Part shown: positions 52,989 to 64,000 of the stretch, piece by piece
Position numbering within the stretch: the stretch's first letter is position 1
How the letters are laid out: every line of letters starts with the position of its first letter
Made by a program: the position numbers and the translations under genes
NCBI GenBank assembly: GCA_016748015.1
Contig: JAAOMT010000258.1
Location: forward strand, 622,173-686,172
Origin: Geosiphon pyriformis uo1
Taxonomy: Eukaryota > Fungi > Glomeromycota
DNA length: 64,000 nucleotides
Reading direction: 5' to 3'
The notes under the pieces: generated by a model
What the model was told of the DNA's origin: nothing
The model's input: only the letters and a program-made list of their open reading frames with translations
Database searches by the model: none

Positions 52989-55454
52989 CCACCTAAAATT
53001 ACAAAAATGTTGGAGTTAATGGTCTTAACAATAAAAGAATTAATTTTTGCAGCTTAATTAAATCTGGTTTCAGCCAATATACCAGTATATAGACCCAAGA
53101 TTGTAATCAAAAACTTGCTTTTAAAGAAAAACCACACTGAAATAACTTGATTAGAAACTTCTTCAATCTTAGAAACATAATATGCCAGAGAATTGTTTAT
53201 AATAATAGTCACTCCAACACTAAAAAACCTCTTGTCTAAACCAGATAAAAAAATTCTCATTCTATTAAACTTATTTATAATCTATGGTTTAATACCAGAC
53301 CTTAACTTTGTTTCTGTAATAATTAAAACCATATTCCTTGAATTCACATATTAGCAAACAACATCTTCCTGCTTGGCAAAAATATTGATATCCCAAATAT
53401 TACATATAGCAAATTTCCAAACTAGATTTGTTATTGATAAGAGAGATTTTTTACATCCAAGTTAGCATTGTTTATTTTTGCTATCAGACTCATAACCATG
53501 TTTAATAAACTGTTCAAAGTCTTTTTAAGTTTTAAAACAACCAAAGTATCAATATCTACTGCTTCTACAATAGTTTTATTACTAATAGCTATACCTAAAC
53601 TCTCACTTATTACTGTATTTGTCTCTTAATTCTGTGATAAAAAGGTTATTAACAATTAATATTCAGGATTAGACTAAGAAACTATTGGTCTGAATGTATT
53701 TAACTTTTTAGCCAGCTTATCTACTTTCTCTGCAAAACTGGTAAGATTGTGCTCAAAAGTGGCAAACCTATTATTTATTTCTAAAAAAACCAATGAAAAA
53801 AGTTTAAAATCCGAAAATAAACCAATACTAAAAAAAACCAAAAGCACCACATAAAAAGTAGAATTACCAGCAATTTGGGCCCAAATTTTATCACTAAAAA
53901 ATACTGAATGGACAATTGGTATCTGTTTTTTTATATATATTGGCTAAATGAGCCTAATTCTAAAAAGTTGTCATATGCTTATTACAAACACTAGGATTCT
54001 CATTCACAAAACATATACTGAAAACATAACCAAATTGTTTGCATTATACACAATAAGTTAAAAACAGACCAGCTCAATGCAAATTTACACTCTTAAAAAC
54101 TAGAACAAAACCAATAGCAGCCAAATTAAATGTCTTATCAGAAAAACAAATTATTGAATACCTATCATGTACATATAAACTCAAATTATGGCCAATAAAG
54201 CAGGTTTTTTTATCATAAGATTTCAATAAACCAGTAAAATTATGAGCAATAGTATTAACAAACAGAATATACAACAAAGTCTGATGTTGATCTCTGAATA
54301 CTCATGTTTGTTTATTATTAATTGTTTTTGTTATATGTACAGAATTTTTTCTTATAAGCACAAATTATTTAGCTACAACTAAATTAGCTATCTTAGATGA
54401 TTTAAATTCTATCAGAATCTTCTGTCAAAGACTAATTAACTGTATTTTGATTAATACAATCTTACCAAATTTAGAAAAGACTGACTCTACAGCTGACTTT
54501 GAAAGATTGACTGAAATCTTTTTAACAATCACTTTCTGATCTGAATAGCTGTTTACTTTCTTAAAATTATTATTAACTAAAATTTTCTCACCAATTGTTA
54601 TATCTCTAGTTTTTCTCAAACTCAATTCAGATGTAAATAATAATCTTATGATTTCTGAAAATTTTGAGAAAGTGAAAGTTTCTCTAAAACTATCAATTCA
54701 ATAGAAAATTTTTTTAATTATAATTAATTTATTATTAATAGTTTTGCCTAACATGACAGACAGCTCAATATCTAATACAAAAGATTTAGCAAACTTGAAA
54801 TCTCACTTTTCTAGAACACATAACCCAATTAATAATAGCTAATTGAAACCAATAAACTTAGAGAACAGAAAAGCCAAAACATCATTATTATTACTTATGT
54901 TGTCAAATAAAAGCACTTTCGGAGAATAATCTAACATATATGTTCAAGTGTGAGTTTTTCTTGGCATAAGTTTATTTATATTTTCATTATTTGCCAAAGT
55001 GTCTAATTCTGTGTAGCTGATTTTTTTAGCAATAGTGTTTTTCATATTTTTGATATTTGACAGATTACTAATACTACTTGCAATACTGCCAATATTGCTA
55101 TTCCAGAATACCACAGATTTAATACTGGCTCCACTAACAATTTCCAAACTTAAAGAGTCAGCTGACAAGTCAATCATATTACTAATTACAGATTTTTTTG
55201 GTTTTTTGTAGGATGCATCATAGGAGTAAATATTGTCTATATGTTTCTTCTTGGCACTTAAATAGATTTCCAAACCAGTCAAATCATAACTATTAGCAGA
55301 TATGCCTGCTAGTTCTATTGCAACAAAAATAAGAGTTTTAGAAGAAATAGTTAATGAAAACAAAGTGTAAAAAAAGATAATTTCAACAAATTTTTAACTC
55401 TTACTATGACCAAGAGATTGACAAGAGAAAAATTCACTATAAAATTTGGTATTT
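52989..55454 (-). mobile_element. LINE Y, 5' part (5' UTR, ORF1, APE N-terminus)
   Basis: Preceded by TSD TTATATATTA (55464-55455, minus strand). Conserved 5' motif, ORF1, WKFAICN. Ends abruptly at IFVILGG. Confidence 0.9.
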
Positions 55455-55464
55455 TAATATATAA

Positions 55465-55730
55465 AATATATATAAATATATTTAATTTAATACAATTATA
55501 AACAAGTAAATTAAGAGGCAGTCACAGTTAAATAAAAAGCTTAATAGTTTAACAATTACTTATTAATTAGTTAAAATAAACATAATTATATTTAATTTTA
55601 AATATATATATATATTATAACTTTTTAATTAAAAAATAAGACAAACAAACAAGAAATTAATTAGATAAAATAAAAATAAAAAAAATTTCTAATTTAAATT
55701 ATTCTCAAATATTAATTTTGTTAAAATTTT
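55465..55730 (+). mobile_element. Gypsy family 2 LTR remainder
   Basis: Aligns with ~20613-20825 and ~21190-21237. Confidence 0.6.
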
Positions 55731-56229
55731 ACTTTTTTTATTTAATTTTTTCTAAATTTATTAGAAATAAGATACTGTTTACTATAAATAAAAAGATACA
55801 AACATCTAATATTAATGCAAAATAAAAAAAATATCTTTGTAAAAATTTTAAGAAAAAACATAATTAAAAATATAGAAATATAACAGAAGTTTTTTTTAAA
55901 AAACAAGTATAATAGAGGCTATCAACAATAATTTTGACAAAAATATTACACAATACACAAAATTAAATAAAAAAAACACTTATTAGAAAAAATTATTCAA
56001 TACTTATTAAGAATTAAAAAAAACTTATTGGGCTAATCTTCAGATTTTTAAATAGCTAAATAACAGTAATTTATTAAATAAAAATACAACATTAATTAAA
56101 CAATACTTAATGAAACTAATATACTTATTAATATATAATTATAATATAATTACAGCATCATTTAATTTAGAACACTTAAAAAAAATTAACTTAATTCTAT
56201 TATTAAGTTTTGTTTTTATTGTAATAATA

Positions 56230-56700
56230 ATAAAATAACTTATAATAATATTTTTAATTATAATACTGTTTAATTGACAGTAATTAACACAAAACCAGAT
56301 TTTTTTTTTAACAAATACTACTAAAAAAGTTTTTAACTTATTAATAACTAAATAAATCTATTATTAAATATTTGTTGGACTTTTTTTTAAATAAATTGAT
56401 AACTTTTTGATAAAAATTAATATGTTTATTAACATTTTGGTTTAATATTATCTGTATAAATTTGGACTAAATTAGTTTTTTCCAAATTATTGTTATTTTT
56501 AACAAATATGTTTGCATGTTTTGTAATTAATTCTTTGAATTGTTTTTGTTGTTGTAATTTTAATTGTTTTATGTTAATTTGAGATAATTTTTTGATAGTA
56601 AGAGTTAAGTTGAATTTTAAGAAAAAATATTTAATTATTTCTGTAAATTTATAACTATTTTAATTAAAAAATATTACTGTAAGTAATTTTTATTTTTAAA
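56230..56700 (-). mobile_element. Isolated gypsy RT N-terminal fragment
   Basis: Colinear with 35330-35670 (e.g. rc FCVNYCQLN). Confidence 0.55.
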
Positions 56701-56719
56701 TAATTGTTTAATATAATAG

Positions 56720-59700
56720 TATTACTAGAAATTTTTGGTTTCTTTTTTTAAATATTATTAATGTTATTTTGCTGTAAATTTGTTATTATTAAAAGCTGTT
56801 GAATCTCTAATAACTGAATTTATTTTTATATTTTTTTTATATTTTGAATTGCTAGACTTATGAGTAAAATAGCCAATTTCAATTAATTGTAAATAATTAA
56901 TGATTTTGTTTTTAAAATATTTATTTTATTGATAAAAATAAAAAGTATTTCTAAAGTAAAATAAGGTAATTCTGACTAAGATATATTTTTTCAATAAAAA
57001 AAACTTTTTTTTAATATAACTTGTTATAGTACTAATCTTTAAACTTGTATTTTTTTTTTGCTATAGTTTTAATGAATTTAAAAATATATTTTGGCAAACT
57101 ACAAGTTGTTTTTATAAACTATAAATTATTTTACAAAATTTTATAAAATTTGGCAAATTTTAAAATGTTATAGAGTTTAGTATATTACATAATCTAATTA
57201 TTATAATTGTGTATCATATAAATTAAATTATTAATTAAATAGTAAGATTTGATAGTTTAATTAAATAATAAGTAATTAAAACAATAATAATATATATTAA
57301 TTAAAGATAAGAATTATAAAAATAATTTTATGTTAATTAATGACTAAATTCTACTAATAACATAATTTTTTTCTCAAAATTGAGCTTTGTAAAAATTCAA
57401 ATACTATTTGTAATATCAAAATAATAATTTAAAATTATTGAAGTAATTAATCTGAAAATTGTAGAAATTTTAGTTTTGTAAATTTGCTAATATATTGTAT
57501 CTTTATTGGTTAAAGTATTGGATTTTGTAAAACATTTTCACAAATATTGAATAAATTGTGAAGTCTAAAAGCTGTTTTAAATTTGTAGTAAGCATTTTTT
57601 AATCTAGCTGTTGTTTTGAATTTATTGTAAATTTGTTTTTATATAGCTTCAAAAGTAAAATTGGTTGCTTTCAGTTCTAATTTTTGTTAATACAGTGTTT
57701 TTTTAATTTAAAAATATTGATAAATTAAAATATATTTACTGTTTTTTTTAAGACACATTTGAAGTTTTTGTTGTATTGTAATATTTAAAAAAATGTTAAT
57801 AGGAGTAAATAATAAGTTTTCTTTTAAAGCTTGTTTCAAAAGTTCTGATAAGTAACTTTTAAAATAACTTCTTGTTTTTTTTATAAGAGTAATAATTCTG
57901 AAAATTATTTACTATTAAGACTGTAATTTTTTTTTAATATAATTAATTTGACTTCTATTAATTATTATAAATAAGTTAAGAAGTGTTTTCAAAGCTAACA
58001 TTAATATTTGGAATATTTGTTAAATATTTTAGAGAATAAGTATTATAAAATTATTAAAATATATAAAATTTGGTAAAAATAAAAAAATAAAGAAGAAATT
58101 ATTTTTGGTATAATAATTTTTATATATTTTTGGAATTAAGTATTTTTTAGTAATTATTTTATTATTTTTGTTTAATGTTTCTATATAATTTAAAAAGAAT
58201 TACTAATATAATTAAAAAATTTAAAAGTTCAGATTTGGTGATTATTGATTTTAAATTTTAGAAAATATCTTTAAGATTAATTAAAAAGAAATATATACCA
58301 ATTTGTAGAATTAATAGTTTAAAATTGATTCTGAAATAATAATATTTTAATTAATTTTTATATGAAACTTTTACTAAGATTTTGTTATTAAGTCTTAACT
58401 TATATGATCTATTGCTTAGAACTTTATAAATATAAAATAGTCTATTTTATTTATGATTAAATTTTCTATTCTATTGTTTTTTAGTCTTAATTTTGTATAA
58501 AAAAACTTTATTTCCAATTTTAAATTCATTAATAACTGATAACAATTTGTTATCATGCTATTTTTTTTGTTTAGCTTGAGAATATTTAATATAAATAATT
58601 ACAATTTGTTATTTTTTTCTAATATACTAAAAAGAGTATAGACTTTTTATTAGAGTGTTTCTTAAAAGTTTTTTTTGTAATTGGTTGTACTGGATATGTT
58701 TCTACTATAAAATTAATTGGTAATGTTGTTGTTTTTCTATAAATAAAGTTAAATAGTATGTATTTTATAATATCTTGTTTTAGTGTTTTATAAGTTAGTA
58801 ATATTAATAAAATAAATATATTTTATTTCTGTTCAAATTAGTTAAAACTTTGGTTAATAATTCAAACAGTGTTTAGTTAAATTATTTTACAAGTTTATTT
58901 GTTTGTAAATAATAAGATAATTATAGTAATTATTAAACATTAAATTTTTTACAAATTTTTTTAAATGGTAATTAGTAATAATCTAACTAAATAAATTTTT
59001 ACTCTGTTAAAGAGTTATTAAACTTTAATTAGATTTAAATTTGGTAAAACAAATTCCTCCTTTTTTTAATAACTGTTATATAATTCTATATATTGTTAAA
59101 TATCTTTTTACATGTAAAACCAAAAATAAAGTTCTAATATTTTTTGGATTGTATTATTTTTTTTTAAATATATTGAAAATAGGTTTGTATACATATTGTA
59201 AAAGATGATTTTTTTTTGTTTTTTTGTATTAATCTAAGTAAATTAATTAGATTTTTATGATTTTGGTAATAAATTTTGTTATAATAAAGAAAATATTACT
59301 TTGTTTGATATTGTAATTAATGTTTTTACTTAAAAACCAATTTTTTGGCATGATAAGAGTTTCTAAATAGTTTTTAATATTGTTATAGTTTTCTGAATAC
59401 ATTAATTGTTATTAAGTTGGTAAATTTTAGTGGACTTAATATAGATATTAATTTTGTTTTATTGTTAAAAAACTATTAACATTGGTGTGTAATTTGCTTG
59501 ATTTGTGATAAATAATATATTTACAATTAACTAGAAAATCAGTTTATTAGAATTGTTTAGCACTAAGTTTAAATTTTTTTTATTAACTTATTTAAAGCCA
59601 ATATTATTAATAATAATATCAAATTTTTTTTTCATAAATATTGTTAAAAATATTTGAAGACTCAGATAATAGCTACTGTTTTTAGTTTGGTTAAACTATA

Positions 59701-62700
59701 TTTTGTTTTAATAAGTTTAAATGTTTTGTTAGTATAAACAATAATCAGCTTATTGTTATTATTATTTAATAATAATAGAATAGTACTAAATGTTATATAT
59801 AAAGCATTAGTGGCCAACTAAAACTGTTTGTTAAAATTAAAGTAAGCAAAAATTGGAACTATTGTTAATTTTTTTTTTAAGATGTCAAAGACCATTTGTT
59901 GAACTGAAGTTCATTGGTATTTTATATTTTTGTTAGTTAGATAGTTAAATAATTTGGTAATTTCTGAAAATTTTTTGATAAATTTCTGATAATAAGAGGC
60001 TAATTCTATAAATCCTCTTAATTTAGTGATATTGTAAAGAATTTAGAAATTTTTTTACAATACTAATAATTTTTGGATTGAATTGAACTCTATTTTTGCT
60101 AACAATATGTTTAAAAAAAATTAAATTTGTTTTTCTGAAGTGCTATTTTTTAATGTTTAACTTTAATTTTGCTTTCTGTAATTATTAAAAACTTTTTACA
60201 GGTAAATTAAATAAGCTTTAAAAGTTGGAAAATAAACATCAATATTATTTAAGTAAATGACTACTAATTACTATAAAAGTTTTTTGTATATAATATTCAT
60301 GAGTTATTAAAATGTTGCTAATATATTGCAAAGTCTAAAAGACATAATATTAAATTTGTAATTTCTTTCTTGAGTAGTAAAGACTGTTTTAAATTGGTTT
60401 TTTAGATCTATTATAACTTATCAGTATTTACTTTCCAAGTCTAATATTAAAAAAAACTTGGTTTTTTCTAATACATCTAATATATTATCAATTCTGAATA
60501 AAAAATATGTATTTTTAATTGTAATACTATTCAATTAACAATAGTTAACACAAAATCAAATTTTTCTACCTTTTTTTTAACAAAAACTACTAATAAAATT
60601 TAAGAGCTTTTTAATAGCTAAATAAAGCTATTTTTAAATATCTATTGTATTTTTTTTTGATGAATTAATAATTAACTAATAAAACTTAATAAGTTTGTTG
60701 TTATTTTGGTAAAGCATTTCTTATATAAATTTAATGTTAGATAATATTGGTTTTTTTAGATTATTGTTGTTTTTGGTAAATATATTTGCAAATTTAGTAA
60801 TCAATTGCTTCAATTGTTTTTGTTGTTGAGATTTTAAAAGACTCATGTTGATTTTAACTAGTTTTTTTTATAAAATAATAGTTTTTGGTATTTAAAATAA
60901 TATTTAAATTTAGAAAAAGAGTGTGTCTTACAATTTAAGATGTTTTTTTTTGAAAAATATTACTATGTATGATTTTGATTTCTAGTTTATTTAATAAAAT
61001 AATCAGATAATTATTGTGATTATAAAATATAACTTAAAACTTTTTTATTCTCTTAAAAATATAAATATTTAGAATTAAAATTTTATGCTTTAAACAGATT
61101 TGTTTAATTCGAATATTTGTTGTGTAATAATAAGGTTTGAGCAAGTGTAAATTTCTTGATATTTTTTAAAAAATAAAATGATAATTGGTTGTAAAAGTTA
61201 AAAAATTTAGTGAGATTTATTCTGTATATTAAAAGTTATATTGACTGAAACTGTAAATTGTTTAATTAAACCAAAATTTTAAGTTCTTTTTTCACTTTGC
61301 TTAATTGTTTTCTGTAATTATCTGATGATAAATTCAAAATATTAATTAAGTGTAGATAAATAGCTTGAGCAATTTTTTTGACATGTTTAATTATGAATGG
61401 TTTTTTAATTTTATTTTATAATATAATTGTAATATTTTTAATGTATTTTGTATCTATAATTCTTTTTTTAATATTGATTTTTTTGTTAGTTAAATATAAT
61501 TACGAAGCAATTTGAACTATTGCTTTAAGTGAAATTTTGAGAACTATTTTAAAATTAATTTTTATAAGTAACTTGAATTAAAGAATTAAAGTATTTTTGC
61601 CAAAATATTATAAGTTATATATTATATTAATTTTATGAGCTTTTTTGGTTTAATTTTTTGTCCATTGTTATTAAAGTATTTAAGTTGTATGGCAGATTGA
61701 TTTTTGGTAAAATAAATTGGAATTGTTACAATTTTTTTTTGGTTCAAGTTCTCCAAATTTGATTTTGTATTTGTTACTTTTATTAAGCAAGAAAATACTA
61801 AGTACATAGTATTTTAAACATTATTGGTCATTGTAAAACATGATATATTCTTTGCATAATCAAATGTTTATTTGTTTTAATTTTTAAATTTGGGCTTTTT
61901 TGGTCAAGAAAACATAATTTACAATTTAATAGTAGATTTTTATTTTATTTTTATAATCAAATTTAGCTAATTTATAATGTATTTAATATATTCTGCTTTT
62001 TTTATCTGGTGAATATTTTTTGAATTTTTTTATTGATCAGAATTATAGCTAATTTATAGATTATTTTCGTATTATGTAAGTAATAATACAGTTTATTAAG
62101 AACACTATTATATGCTGTATTAAAAAAAGTTTTTTTTTTGACTTTTTTGGAAATTAATAAAGCATATTGACAAGTTTGGTCACATACTTCTCCTTTTATT
62201 ACAATATTAATTCAGTTGTATTTCTTAAATAGTAATTTTTTACATATAAAACAGAATGTGTTATCTTATTTTATGCTTTATTTTGGGCTGCTAAATTGTT
62301 CTCTGTGACAAGTTTTATAGTAATAGCAAATATAAGTTTCATATTTCTCTTTAAATAATATGCAAACTCTTATAGATAAAAGCTTTTTGTTGTAATTAAT
62401 GCATTTAAATGAAATATAGAGTGGTTGTTTTTTGGTTCTAATTTTGAATATAAAACATATCAATTATTAACTGATTTGATTGTAAAGATGGATTGTTAGC
62501 TGGTTTTTTTGGGCTATAATTATGTTAGTTATAATATAAATATTTCAAATAGCTGTTCTGTTTTCTTAGCCTAATTGAATGTTAATTCAAAAGCCATATA
62601 AGTCTTAGTAATCACTTTTTTTTTTCTTCTCAAATTTAAACACTAAAACTTTTTTAAATTATTTGTTGAAAATACTATATATAATAAATATTCAAATATA

Positions 62701-64000
62701 TTGTTTTTGGTATAAGATTTTAAATTCTTGGGTTTTCTAATTAAAATTTGCATTGGTTTTAAAAAGTCAATTGTTTTTGACTAAAACTTAATATTAAAGT
62801 ATATCTATTATTAAAACTTTTATTAAAATAATAATTTTATTAATTATAAAAGAAAAATTGTCAATTTATTTTACTGAAAATTTTTTTCATACTATTGGCT
62901 GTAACAATAACTGTTTAGACTGATCTATTTATGTTTCATTTGAATTGTTATATTAATTGGTATATAATAATATTTTTAGTAGATTTACTGTTTAAGATTA
63001 AGCAAATTTGTTTTTTTTTACTTTAGTTTTAATATATATATCAATAATTGTTTTTTGTTCTATAATAGCTGTATTATTAAACAAAAATAATGATTTGTTT
63101 GCTTTAAATTCAAATAGAAAGATATTAGAAAAATTGGCATTTTTAGCAATTTTGGCTAATAGAATAGTGCAATTATTGTTGGAAAAGATTTGTCTTGATG
63201 TTGCAGCTTTATTTTCAAAAAATGCAGTTTAATAAAAATCCGATTTTTTAGGCATTGTTAAATAGTTATGTTGTATGTAAAAATAATTGAGTTTTGTTAA
63301 ACTGTATTACAAAAAATTAATTGATTATTAAAATTAACTCTATTGTTGTTTGAAAATCGATTTTGTGATATAAATTGGTTTGTTAAACCAATTTTTGTGC
63401 AAATATTTGATATTATTAAATGAATGGTAATTAATATTGTTAAATTTGTAGTAGTTGCTGAAATTATTGTTATATTAATTGTGAAACAGATTAGTAACAG
63501 TTGTTTTGAAATTTTTATAAGTAATAAACTAGTGGTAATAGTTAATAATATAACTACTAGAGTTAAAAATAACATTAATTATTTTTTTGCTATTGGTTTT
63601 GTTGTATTTTTTGGTAGTTTTGTTTCTAATATTCTAAAATTCTACAATAATAACAGTTTTAAAATTAGTTATTTAATAACATATTGCTTTGGTTTTGTTA
63701 TTATAATAATTAATATTTTTGTTGTTGCTGCTATTGTTGATTTATAAAATAGTTTTTGACTTTCTTAGTAAGTTGATCAATCTTTTTTTCAACTATTGAG
63801 CTGGTTTTTTTAATAGCTAGATTAACAAACTTGATATAATTTGCTTTTTTTATAATTTTGTAGTTTTTTATATATTAAATAATTATAACTAAATTTGTTA
63901 AAGCATGAAAACAAACTTTTTTAATTAATTTACTTTTTAATTTAGTAATAAATTAATTCAAAATTTGAGTATTAAAATAGTATTTATTGGTTTTCAATTG
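56720..64000 (-). mobile_element. Older, more decayed gypsy family-1-related copy (3' LTR 56720-57362 with ~310-bp deletion; ORF3, IN, RH, RT, dUTPase, Cys-rich, PR, gag); runs off the window
   Basis: Colinear with 31057-38815 throughout, but much more AT-rich. Confidence 0.88.

Noticed and set aside
55750-56200. Coding-like AT-rich stretch
   Set aside because: Too decayed to assign to any family by eye.
13496-63747. Antisense or alternate-frame ORFs over TE relics (e.g. 22167, 38216, 51528, 63424)
   Set aside because: Shadows of strand-biased decayed TE coding sequence.

Overview
AT-rich eukaryotic (fungal) DNA. Short GT-AG introns, an HSGNIL-type kinase relic and a class-3 lipase-like gene suggest Glomeromycotina, possibly Geosiphon-like; this is inference only. 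The first ~10 kb is host-gene territory: a BTB/POZ gene, a TKL kinase pseudogene, an ankyrin gene and a 4-exon lipase-3-like gene that appears to lack its catalytic Ser. From ~10.2 kb onward the window is a nest of transposon relics eroded by strongly directional C>T/G>A mutation. It holds three RNase H-bearing LINEs, two Ty3/gypsy families, a TA-flanked Tc1/IS630-type transposon carrying a spliced passenger gene, and a pogo end. Both gypsy families appear to have a dUTPase between protease and RT and an unknown ORF3 after integrase. Main result: 25636-52988 is a ~27.4 kb blunt, reciprocal inversion that cut two different LINE copies at non-homologous positions. Flipping it back rejoins both LINE reading frames, pairs both target-site duplications and restores a gypsy zinc knuckle and gag-pol order. 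A second clean 289-bp inversion lies inside the transposase. All alignments were done by eye; no searches were run.
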